Of a DNA stretch of 49,560 nt, positions 35,164 to 44,151 are shown one piece after another. Numbering within the stretch: position 1 is the stretch's first letter; each line of letters starts with the position of its first letter. The notes under the pieces were generated by a model, which saw nothing but the letters and a program-made list of their open reading frames with translations, was not told the DNA's origin and did no database searches. Position numbers and translations under genes: made by a program. The stretch is from assembly GCA_045614345.1 (NCBI GenBank), contig JAZLCR010000034.1:1-49560 (forward strand). Reading direction: 5' to 3'. This stretch comes from Candidatus Onthoplasma sp. (GTDB taxonomy: Bacteria > Bacillota > Clostridia > Christensenellales > UBA1242).

Positions 35164-35571
35164 ATGATGATTTATAATGATAATGAAAACAATTTGGCAG
35201 ACATTCTTGATAACATTGAAAGTTTTTCTATTTTCACAAATGGAAAAACCAATGTAATTGATTTTAAAATGGGTAAATTTTTGAATGTAAAAAATAAGCT
35301 TAAGGATGTTTTCAACCATGCAAGGTTGATGCCGGCATTTGGAGTTAGTTTGCATGAAGAAACACAAAGAGAGTTAGAAAGCGGGAATTGGTTGCAAATT
35401 AATTTCCAAAATGAACAAACCCAAAATGGCCTTTCATTTAATTCTCTTCTTTTCAAATTGGAAGAAACGCAGGGATTTAATTTAATTAGATTGTTTAATA
35501 AAAAATATGAAGGTCGATGTTTGTTTTTAGATTTAGATGAAACCATTGACTTATTAAAAATAATAGAATAA
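35164..35571 (+). CDS. Conserved-looking hypothetical protein, 135 aa
   Basis: ORF with MPAFGVSLH motif; extended -10 directly upstream; terminator downstream. Confidence 0.75.
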   Translation: MMIYNDNENNLADILDNIESFSIFTNGKTNVIDFKMGKFLNVKNKLKDVFNHARLMPAFGVSLHEETQRELESGNWLQINFQNEQTQNGLSFNSLLFKLEETQGFNLIRLFNKKYEGRCLFLDLDETIDLLKIIE

Positions 35572-35597
35572 AAAAAGGAATGAGCCTCATTCCTTTT
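35572..35597. terminator. Bidirectional terminator
   Basis: AAAAAGGAATGA-gcc-TCATTCCTTTTT between convergent genes. Confidence 0.85.
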
Positions 35598-36505
35598 TAA
35601 ACTGTTAAATTGTCTTCCAATGGTTTATCTAAGAAGTAAACGGTTCTTGGATTGTGTCCATCATCGAGTTTTACAATTCTTAGTTGTTGACCAGCCATTT
35701 GGGTTGGGTCATCGTAACAAGGGTGATGATAAAGGTATTGAACTTGAATCGTTCCGCCTGGATTTAGGCGTTCATTGTAAAGACTTTCAACAGTTTCCTC
35801 AAATTTTTTTCTCATATCACCAACTTCATGATAGGCAAATATATTTGAGAGCATAATTAAATCATAATTACCTTTTAAAAATCTAGGAAACTGATGGAGA
35901 TCTGCTACTATGAACTCTAGTTGATAATTATCATCAATCAGAGCTTCTTGCAATTTCAAATAAGTTTCTTCATCTTTATAAAAATCACTAAAGAAAACAG
36001 CTTCTCTGTGAACAAGTTGACGTGCTAATTTGTTTTGATCGAATTGATCAATAGTATCATCGATCTTTTCTTCTATTTCAAGCATTAAAGTGTCCCAAAA
36101 TTGTTTTGATTTATCTGAAAGAGAATGTGAAATTTTGGCATAGATTTTCCAGTTAAACATTTGACTTCCTTTGACGGTTTCATTGAATGTTTCAAAATCA
36201 AGATTTTTAATCATTGCTATTTTATATTCAACAAAAATTCGAGCATAAGGGTTTGCGTCAATTATTGTTATGTCTCTACAACCTTGCAAAAGAGCGTTAA
36301 AAAATTGATCACCACTTGTTCCGACAGTTGCAATTTTTTTGTCTCTTAAATCCATTTCACGCATATACTCACTTAAATATTCATTGCTTGAAACATAACA
36401 TCTTTCGGCTGTTTGATCAAGATTGTTTGTTAATCGATCAGGTGTTTCAACAAAAATCCTATAGGTTAGTGAGTAAAACTCTGAGTTACCTGTTTCTCTA
36501 ATCAT
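35597..36505 (-). CDS. SAM-dependent methyltransferase-fold protein (DUF3419/BtaA-like)
   Basis: NE, VGTSGDQ, I.IID.NP, YDLIMLSNI and L.PGG motifs. The second ATG (36505) is preferred because ATG 36514 abuts the -10 box. Confidence 0.7.
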   Translation of the reverse strand: MIRETGNSEFYSLTYRIFVETPDRLTNNLDQTAERCYVSSNEYLSEYMREMDLRDKKIATVGTSGDQFFNALLQGCRDITIIDANPYARIFVEYKIAMIKNLDFETFNETVKGSQMFNWKIYAKISHSLSDKSKQFWDTLMLEIEEKIDDTIDQFDQNKLARQLVHREAVFFSDFYKDEETYLKLQEALIDDNYQLEFIVADLHQFPRFLKGNYDLIMLSNIFAYHEVGDMRKKFEETVESLYNERLNPGGTIQVQYLYHHPCYDDPTQMAGQQLRIVKLDDGHNPRTVYFLDKPLEDNLTV

Positions 36506-36566
36506 ACAATACATATTGTATATGAAAAAATTTAATTTGTCAAGAAGTGGAATTTATAAATATCTC

Positions 36567-36595
36567 TTGACAAAATGACTATTATGTTTTAAACT
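36567..36595 (+). promoter_or_regulatory. SigA promoter of the pheST T-box leader
   Basis: TTGACA-17 nt-TAAACT. Confidence 0.7.
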
Positions 36596-36630
36596 TGAAA
36601 TAGTGAAAGAAGTTCACGAAAACTAAATAA

Positions 36631-36886
36631 AAACGATGAAGATGTGTTCAGTAGTAATTTTGCTTTCATAAAGGGAGAGTGGTCGGCGATTGAGAGCCAC
36701 TTATGTTCAGGTGATTTTGCGAATTTCAGCATTGGAGTTGCTCTCGGTAAACTTTAAAATTTTTAAAGGTTAAGAGTTGCCAGACAAAACTGTGAAAATG
36801 TTAATGAGGCAAATATTTTATATTTGCGAAATTAGGTGGTTATTAACGAAAGGTTCTCTCGTCCTATGTTTAGGGCGAGTTTTTTA
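36631..36886 (+). ncRNA. T-box riboswitch (Phe)
   Basis: Stem I with GATGAAG, AGTAG, AGGGAG, TGAGA and GAA-T-TTC (Phe specifier at 36725-36727); T-box AATTAGGTGGT; terminator CTCGTCCTA-tgtt-TAGGGCGAG-T6 before pheS. Confidence 0.9.
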
Positions 36887-36902
36887 TTTGAAAGGAGAAA
36901 TT

Positions 36903-37934
36903 ATGCAAGATAAAATTAATGAAATTTTAAATTACACAAAGGAAAAGTTGGAAACTATTAATTCAAGCGCGGAATGTCAAAATTTGCGTGTTGAAATTTT
37001 AGGTAAAAGCGGAAAAATTACAGGACTTTTCCGTTTTATGAAAGAAGTGCCAAACGAAGAAAAGGGTAAAGTTGGAGCAATGCTCAATAACGCAAAAACC
37101 GAAGCGGAAAATTTAATTTCTGCAAAAGAAGTATTTTTGGAGCAAGCAGAGTTAGAAAAAGAAATCAATTCAGCTGAAAAAATTGATATAACTTTACCAT
37201 GTGAGCACAAGGTTGGAAGTCTTCACCCAAGAACAATTATTCAAAAACAAATTGAAGATGTTTTCGTTTCTATGGGTTTTGTTGTTGAAGATGGTAACGA
37301 AGTTGAAACTGAGTATAATAACTTCACAGCGGTTAACGTTCCTGAAAATCACCCAGCACGTGACATGCAAGACACATTCTGGTTAGATAACGGACAAGTT
37401 TTGAAAACTCAAACTTCTGCTGCACAAAATAAAATTTTAAGAAAATATGCTCCACCAATCAGAGCAATTTTCCCAGGAAGATGCTTTAGAAATGAAGATA
37501 TTGACGCAAGCCATGAAAACACATTCTTCCAACTTGAAGGTGTTATTGTAGACATTGATGTTTCAGTTGGAAATCTTATTTACTTTATGAAAGAAATGCT
37601 AAGTAAGATATTTAAAAAAGATGTTGAAGTTCGTCTTCGTCCTGGTTTCTTCCCATTCACAGAACCAAGTTTTGAAATGGACGTTCGTTGCCCGTTCTGT
37701 GATGGAAAGGGTTGCCCAACTTGTAAGAACGGTGGTTGGATTGAACTCTGTCCATGTGGAATGATTCACCCTAATGTTTTAAGAAACGGTGGTGTTGATC
37801 CTGAAAAATATTCTGGCTGTGCTTTCGGTTTAGGGCTTGATAGAATGGTAATGCTAAGTTTAGGGCTTAAAGATATTCGTGATTTAAACAGCGGAAACCT
37901 TAAACTGCTTAATCAGTTTAAGTTGGATGTTTAA
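36903..37934 (+). CDS. pheS: Phenylalanyl-tRNA synthetase alpha subunit
   Basis: GSLHP, HPARDMQDTF, TQTS, FFQLEG, FPFTEPS and FGLGLDR motifs; start ATG 36903 behind AAGGAG. Confidence 0.98.
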   Translation: MQDKINEILNYTKEKLETINSSAECQNLRVEILGKSGKITGLFRFMKEVPNEEKGKVGAMLNNAKTEAENLISAKEVFLEQAELEKEINSAEKIDITLPCEHKVGSLHPRTIIQKQIEDVFVSMGFVVEDGNEVETEYNNFTAVNVPENHPARDMQDTFWLDNGQVLKTQTSAAQNKILRKYAPPIRAIFPGRCFRNEDIDASHENTFFQLEGVIVDIDVSVGNLIYFMKEMLSKIFKKDVEVRLRPGFFPFTEPSFEMDVRCPFCDGKGCPTCKNGGWIELCPCGMIHPNVLRNGGVDPEKYSGCAFGLGLDRMVMLSLGLKDIRDLNSGNLKLLNQFKLDV

Positions 37935-37945
37935 AAGGAGGAAAT

Positions 37946-40333
37946 ATGTTAATATCACTTAATTGGATTAAAGATTATGTTAACCTAGATGGAATTGAAG
38001 TTGATGAACTTGTCAAACGTTTTGGTTTGTCAACTGCTGAAGTTGAAGGTGTTGAATATAAAGGAAAAGAAATTGAAAACGTGGTGGTTGCGCAAATTCT
38101 CAGTGTTGAAAATCACCCAGATAGCAAAAAACTTCATATTTTAAAAGTTAATGATGGAACTGGTGAACCTGTTCAAGTTGTTTGTGGTGCACCAAATGTT
38201 AGAGTTGGATTAAAAACTTATTTTGCTAGAGTTGGCGGAAACGTTAACGGACTTAAAATTAAGCCTGCAAAACTAGCAGGTGTTGAAAGTTTTGGTATGT
38301 GTTGTGGTGGAAACGAACTTGGCATTGAAGCAGACACAACTGGAATTGTTGAATTAGATGAGAGTTTACTTGTTGGAACAGATATTAAAGATATTCTTCC
38401 ACTTGAGGACGTTCTTATTGAAATTGACAACAAGTCACTCACCAATCGTCCGGACCTTTGGGGGCATTATGGAATTGCAAGAGAATTTGCAACAATTTTC
38501 AAACGCGAATTAAAACCTTTGGAATTGGAAGATTTAAATCAATACAACAATTTAAGCCCGCTCAACATCAAAGTTGAAACAAAAAATTGTTTTAGATATT
38601 GTGGATTAACTGTGGAAAATGTTATTAATAAAGTTAGCCCAAGTTTGATTAAACTTCGTTTGAACTATTGCGGAATGAGAGATATTAATCTTTTGGCTGA
38701 TATGACCAACTATTTAATGCTTGAAATGGGTCAACCAATGCACGCTTTTGATAACGATATTGTTAAAGGTATTACTGTTATTGAAACAAATGAACCTATT
38801 GAAATGGAAACGCTTGAAGGGGGAAAACATTTAATCGAAACAGAATCAATGGTTATTTGTGATGAAGAGAGAGTTCCTGTTGCGATTGCCGGTGTTAAAG
38901 GTGGATTAAAATCTGGTATTAGCGAAAACACAAACAAACTATTGCTTGAAAGTGCTTGTTTTGACTGTGTTTCAATTAGAAAAACAAGTAGAAAAATTGG
39001 TTTGATCACTGATGCAAGTCAAAGATATGAAAAATCTCTTGATCCTGAAATGTGTGATGATGCGATTGCTCGACTTGTTTACTTGTTGCGTAAAGCTGAA
39101 CCAAGAATAAAAGTTACTTCTAGTTTAACAGATGTTTATAATTTCCATTATCCAAAGCACGAAATTGTTATTGACACTGATTTCCTTGCTCGCCGTGGTG
39201 GAGTTAAATTAGAATTAAATGCTGTTGTCGACACTTTAATTCGTTTGGGTTTTGAAGTTGAAATTTTGGATTTGTTGAGTGAAAAAATTAAAGTTAACGT
39301 GCCAAGTTATCGTGGAACAAAGGATATTTCAATCAAGGAAGATTTGGTTGAAGAAATCTTTAGAATGTATGGTTACGATAACATTAATTCTCAACCAATG
39401 GAAATGCCGCTTCAACCAATTGAACAAATTGAAACACACACAAAAGAATACGAAATTAAATATGCGCTTGCAAGTTTGTTTGGTTTAAATGAAGTGCATT
39501 CATATGTTTGGAATTATGAGGTATATAACAAGAGTGTTGGAATTAAAGAAAATAGCGTGTTAAGATTGCTAGATAGTTCACATTCTGGACAAAGTGGACT
39601 CAGATCAACTCTTGCACCAACAATTGTCAAATTTGCAGATGAAAACAAAAATAAATTTGACGATTTGGCAATTTTTGAAATCGGAAGAGTTTGGGACTCA
39701 ATTAATGAAAATAATCTTGCTGTTGAAAAGAAAAAATTGGCAGTTGTTTTAGCAAGTGAGAAACAAAGCGAAAAAGATTTATATTTCCGCCTAAAAGAAA
39801 TGGTTGAATATATTTGCTCGCACATTATGCACATTTCTGTTGATTATTTAGGAAAGAATGAAAATCAACTTTATCATCCAGTTAATTCATGTTTAATTTC
39901 AAATGGTAAAAACGTGTTAGGTGAAATGGGGATAATGCATCCTGTTATTGTTAAAGCAATTGATAAGCGCAAAAAATTTGCTGTTTTGGAACTTGATATT
40001 GAGGCAATGTTAAATGTTGAAAAAACAAAATTTAAAGTCCAACAAACAAGCAAATTCCAAAGTGTTTCAGTTGACTATAATTTTGTTGCACCAAAAACAA
40101 TGAAATATGGGGAAATTGAGAAAGCCTTAAATGAATTTAGAGCAAGTTTCATTCTTGAACATTCACTCAAAGATATTTATATTAATGATGAAGTACTTAA
40201 AGATAAGATTAGCTACACAATCAATTTTATTGTAACACCAAAAGACAGAACTTTGGAAGCAAGCGACATTGAAAAATTCTCTTCAAGATTAATTGATCAT
40301 ATGAAGAGAATTGGTGTGGAACTCAGAAGTTAA
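37946..40333 (+). CDS. pheT: Phenylalanyl-tRNA synthetase beta subunit
   Basis: SLNWIKDY, HPDSKKL, VVCGAPN, TNRPDL, GQPMHAFD and DLVEE motifs; follows pheS. Confidence 0.98.
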   Translation: MLISLNWIKDYVNLDGIEVDELVKRFGLSTAEVEGVEYKGKEIENVVVAQILSVENHPDSKKLHILKVNDGTGEPVQVVCGAPNVRVGLKTYFARVGGNVNGLKIKPAKLAGVESFGMCCGGNELGIEADTTGIVELDESLLVGTDIKDILPLEDVLIEIDNKSLTNRPDLWGHYGIAREFATIFKRELKPLELEDLNQYNNLSPLNIKVETKNCFRYCGLTVENVINKVSPSLIKLRLNYCGMRDINLLADMTNYLMLEMGQPMHAFDNDIVKGITVIETNEPIEMETLEGGKHLIETESMVICDEERVPVAIAGVKGGLKSGISENTNKLLLESACFDCVSIRKTSRKIGLITDASQRYEKSLDPEMCDDAIARLVYLLRKAEPRIKVTSSLTDVYNFHYPKHEIVIDTDFLARRGGVKLELNAVVDTLIRLGFEVEILDLLSEKIKVNVPSYRGTKDISIKEDLVEEIFRMYGYDNINSQPMEMPLQPIEQIETHTKEYEIKYALASLFGLNEVHSYVWNYEVYNKSVGIKENSVLRLLDSSHSGQSGLRSTLAPTIVKFADENKNKFDDLAIFEIGRVWDSINENNLAVEKKKLAVVLASEKQSEKDLYFRLKEMVEYICSHIMHISVDYLGKNENQLYHPVNSCLISNGKNVLGEMGIMHPVIVKAIDKRKKFAVLELDIEAMLNVEKTKFKVQQTSKFQSVSVDYNFVAPKTMKYGEIEKALNEFRASFILEHSLKDIYINDEVLKDKISYTINFIVTPKDRTLEASDIEKFSSRLIDHMKRIGVELRS

Positions 40334-41565
40334 TAAGAACTAGATACCTTAACTGAAATGTTGATTTCAACGTCGTTAAGGTATTTTTCTTTGTTTAAGT
40401 CGTAATAGGATTTGAATTTTTTAAATTCTTTACGATAAAAATTTTCATAAACTCCAATTAGGTCAATTTGATTGGTTTTACAAAATTGAATAATTTGAAA
40501 GCAATTATTTTCAACTGTTTCCTTTGTTTTTAAAATTAACTCTTCTGTCAAAAACTCTTTGTTTCTTTTTAAGAAGTTTTTAGACGGCTTTTCTTCATCA
40601 ACTTCTTCCACCAGAACAGATAGTTCAATGTTTATATCCATAATCGGATTATTATTTTCGAATTTTGGCTTAAACTCAAGTTTTTTGTTGTGAATGTTTA
40701 AGACAACATTTGAATCTTTATAGAGCTCATCATTAACTTTATTAACCTTTAGAGTTCCTTCTTGTTCAACATTTGAAAGAAGATTTAAATTTTGCATAAG
40801 ATCGGGATTTAGTTCAAGTAATTTTTTTCCGGACTTAAAAACAGAAACCGTTCCATCGTTTAAGATGTATTTTTGATTAGATTTTTCGTTTGTTCCGCTT
40901 CCGGGCTCGTTAGCATTTCCACCACATACTGCACCACCTTTGATTTGAATTGCATTATCTGTTTTGGAACTAAGAAGTTGAATTTTGGGCATGATTCCAA
41001 TAGAGATTTTGCTAAAATACCCCTTATAGAATGAGTGAATATTGCTATCTTCGGAGGGTATATAACGCTTGTCAAAGTTAATAACGTCTTCAAGAGGAAT
41101 TGATTTTTCAATGTTTAGGTTAACAATTGCTTGTTGAAAATCTTCAACATCACCAGAGAAATTGATTAAAATTGCATTTCTTCCAACTCTTCTCGTTCGA
41201 GTCATAAAATCTAGTGAAGACATTATCCCATCATATGATAAATTTTCACCAAATGCCATGATTTCGCATTGGGCAAAGCCCATGCTTTTCCCAAGAGACA
41301 AAGAAACATTTTCAACCGCCTCACCAACAGTTTCGCCAACACCAGAAAACACTTCATAGTTGGTACTTTTTTCATTGGTTGGAGTGATAACTGCTGTTGA
41401 AACTTTAATCTTGTTTTCAACTTTATCGATGCTCATCATGGTTATGATTGCTTCTGTTTTGCTCATGGCTGGCTTTGTGATTTCGGGAATTGTGATGATC
41501 AACACAATTAAGAAAATCCAAACAATAAGTTTTCGTGGACTAAATATTGTTTTTAATTTTTTCAT
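40330..41565 (-). CDS. Ger(x)C-family germinant receptor C subunit
   Basis: 'AII..SID', 'G.TV.EA' and C-terminal 'D.IG' pattern; third gene of a gerA-family operon. Confidence 0.8.
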   Translation of the reverse strand: MKKLKTIFSPRKLIVWIFLIVLIITIPEITKPAMSKTEAIITMMSIDKVENKIKVSTAVITPTNEKSTNYEVFSGVGETVGEAVENVSLSLGKSMGFAQCEIMAFGENLSYDGIMSSLDFMTRTRRVGRNAILINFSGDVEDFQQAIVNLNIEKSIPLEDVINFDKRYIPSEDSNIHSFYKGYFSKISIGIMPKIQLLSSKTDNAIQIKGGAVCGGNANEPGSGTNEKSNQKYILNDGTVSVFKSGKKLLELNPDLMQNLNLLSNVEQEGTLKVNKVNDELYKDSNVVLNIHNKKLEFKPKFENNNPIMDINIELSVLVEEVDEEKPSKNFLKRNKEFLTEELILKTKETVENNCFQIIQFCKTNQIDLIGVYENFYRKEFKKFKSYYDLNKEKYLNDVEINISVKVSSSY

Positions 41566-42661
41566 TTTCCACCACCTTTTGATTGCGATCTCTTTTTTTC
41601 TTGTTGATCAAATAGCCAAACAGCAAAAATAAAGGAATAATATATTGCGAGATTATTGTTATAATCGAAGCAAAATGAGTGAATAAAATTAGTTCAAGGT
41701 TTATTGTTATTGATCCAAAATATGCCAAAGAGAAAATTATCATGTCCACACAAATTATGATTGAAATTTTCGAACGAATGTTAAAAATAAACATAATAAT
41801 TTTAACAAAACAATATGAATATAGTGCAAGTTGAATTGCCTGTGTTATAACCCAAAGTGAAACAACCAACCACGATAATTCATCAATGATTGATTTACTG
41901 CTAGAATATTGGCTGATATCACTTATTGCAAATGTGTGGACTGGACTTGTTGAATCGAACAATCCAAAAAAAACGAAATAAATTAATTGAACCAACAATA
42001 TCGAAAACAGAATATAAATCCAAACTTTATTTTTCCTTTCAGTTGAAAAATCAACACTTCCAAAAATTGCAATCAAAAAGGTTGAAGATCCAAACCAGGC
42101 AAGATGAGTGTATCCACTGCTAAGGATTGGTGTGAAGCCATCTTTAAACATTGGAAGATATATAAGTGGATCAACATCTGAAAAGGATTTTATTGCAATA
42201 TAAACACAGCCAATAATAATTGCCAGCCAAAACATTTCTTGAACTCTTGCAATATTTCTCAACCCTTTAAACACCATAAATCCAACCAAAGCAATAAGGG
42301 GGAGTGTAAACAAAAACCAATGAAAGTTATTATAAAAATTTTCTGTTACAAAAAATTCCATACCCTTAGAGATATTAAGAATTTGTAAAAAGAATTGAAC
42401 TGCCAAAACAATCATAAAAATTTTTGTTAAAACTGGGCCAATTGATTCCTTCATAAATTCATTAATATTTTTGCTTTGATTTTTTTTCATTAAATCAACC
42501 AAAAGCAAAGCATATAGTCCATCAACAATCATAAGAATTAAAACAACAAACCAACTTGCATTTGATGAGTAAATATATAGTGTGCTTGGCAGAATTAAAA
42601 ATTTCAATGCAATAAAACTTAAAAATAGCATTATGCACATTTGACGATAGTTTATTTTCAT
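41540..42661 (-). CDS. GerAB-family germinant receptor B subunit
   Basis: INYRQ, LP, W, G...IAR and LP motifs; about 10 TMs; between the A and C subunits. Confidence 0.85.
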   Translation of the reverse strand: MKINYRQMCIMLFLSFIALKFLILPSTLYIYSSNASWFVVLILMIVDGLYALLLVDLMKKNQSKNINEFMKESIGPVLTKIFMIVLAVQFFLQILNISKGMEFFVTENFYNNFHWFLFTLPLIALVGFMVFKGLRNIARVQEMFWLAIIIGCVYIAIKSFSDVDPLIYLPMFKDGFTPILSSGYTHLAWFGSSTFLIAIFGSVDFSTERKNKVWIYILFSILLVQLIYFVFFGLFDSTSPVHTFAISDISQYSSSKSIIDELSWLVVSLWVITQAIQLALYSYCFVKIIMFIFNIRSKISIIICVDMIIFSLAYFGSITINLELILFTHFASIITIISQYIIPLFLLFGYLINKKKRDRNQKVVENEKIKNNI

Positions 42662-44106
42662 TCTTCACCTCGTCTGTTTATATTGTTTCTGTTGTTAGAA
42701 ATGGATTTCGGTCGTTTCTTCATATCCTTAATTATTTCTCTTTTAAAATAATCCTTTTGATCATCTCTAACAAACGGAGAGGTTGGGGCAAGATAAGCGC
42801 TGTTGTAACTATCAAAACTAGAAAGATAAGAAATTAGGAAAACACAAAAAATTAAAATCCCATAAAGACCAACTGCCGCGCCGACAACTAAGGCAAGGAG
42901 TCGCAGCATGCTAAACTGAGCAGCTTGACTTGGGATGATATAAAAGGTTATTCCGGAAAGAGCAACAATCATAACGGCTGGTGGACTAACAAGTCCCGCG
43001 CTGATTGCAGTTTCTCCCAAAATTAATGCTCCAACAATACTCATCGCCATTCCAAAATATTGAGGCATTCTAAGGTTTGCCTCATATAAAATTTCAAAAA
43101 GCAAAACAACAAACAAGAGTTCAATAAATGGAGAGAAGGGGATTCCTTGTGTTGTGTTCATGATTGTAACCAAAAATTCAGTTGGCAAAATTTTATAGTG
43201 ATATTTTTCAAGTGCAACATAAACACCGGGAAGCAAAACAGCAAGTATGACACCAATCAATCGCAAAACGCGAACAAATGTGACCCTTATTGGTTGAGAG
43301 TAATAATCATCTGCATTTTGTAAATCTTCAATCAAAATAAATGGAAGGGTTAATGCAATTGGGCTTCCATCAACTAAAATTCCAATTCTGCCCTCAAGCA
43401 TTTTGCCAACCAAAACATCAGGTTTTTCTGTGTCGCCAACTTGTTTAAAAAGAGACTTTGGATTTTTTTGAAGATAGGAAACTAAATAGTGACTATCAAC
43501 AATTCCATCAATGTTAATGCTTTTTAATCGTTTTAAAATGTGCTTAACATTTCTTTTGTCTGCCAGCGAATCAAAATAAACCACAGCAACTTGTGTTGTT
43601 GTTATTTTCCCGATATTGAGAGTTGTAACAACCAAATCTTCACTTTTGGATCTTTGTCGAATCATGGCAAGATTAAATTTTAAGCTTTCATTAAAACCCT
43701 CTCTTGGACCTTTAATAACAACACTTGTTGGAGGTTCAGCAACTGCTCGAACGGTTATTTTTTCAATATCACAACCCAAAATTACTTCTGCACCATCAAC
43801 CAAAATTAAACAATTGCCCTGAAGCAACTTTTCAATTGCGTTATCAAGTTCTTCAAATTCAGTAACTTCATTGTTTGATAAAACATTCTCCTTCAATGTT
43901 TGCCAAATATCATCTTCAGGATTGTAAGGATATTCCAAAATTGGATTCATGATTGTTTGGTTCAAAAGAAGCAAATCGCTTATTGGTGCGAGATAACAAA
44001 TTGAAACATTCGTGCCAAAAAACTGCACGGTGCGAGATTTAAAATCACCACTATCGTGCAGTTTTTCTTTTATTATATTAAGGCTTTTAACTGCATCTAT
44101 TTTCAT
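42658..44106 (-). CDS. GerA-family germinant receptor A subunit (GerKA-like)
   Basis: EPPTSVVIKGPREGFNE, TEKPD, EGRIGILVDGSP, EA.LRMP and IVGALILGETAISAG motifs. Confidence 0.95.
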   Translation of the reverse strand: MKIDAVKSLNIIKEKLHDSGDFKSRTVQFFGTNVSICYLAPISDLLLLNQTIMNPILEYPYNPEDDIWQTLKENVLSNNEVTEFEELDNAIEKLLQGNCLILVDGAEVILGCDIEKITVRAVAEPPTSVVIKGPREGFNESLKFNLAMIRQRSKSEDLVVTTLNIGKITTTQVAVVYFDSLADKRNVKHILKRLKSINIDGIVDSHYLVSYLQKNPKSLFKQVGDTEKPDVLVGKMLEGRIGILVDGSPIALTLPFILIEDLQNADDYYSQPIRVTFVRVLRLIGVILAVLLPGVYVALEKYHYKILPTEFLVTIMNTTQGIPFSPFIELLFVVLLFEILYEANLRMPQYFGMAMSIVGALILGETAISAGLVSPPAVMIVALSGITFYIIPSQAAQFSMLRLLALVVGAAVGLYGILIFCVFLISYLSSFDSYNSAYLAPTSPFVRDDQKDYFKREIIKDMKKRPKSISNNRNNINRRGEE

Positions 44107-44151
44107 TAGATGTAGTTTAAGTAATCATTAAACTTTTATTCAAAATAACTA

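Noticed and set aside
36777-36902. N-terminal extension of pheS from TTG 36777
   Set aside because: It runs through the T-box antiterminator/terminator; the real RBS and ATG are at 36903.
37681-37730. CPFC..GCPTC zinc motif in PheS
   Set aside because: A common feature of Firmicute PheS, not novel.
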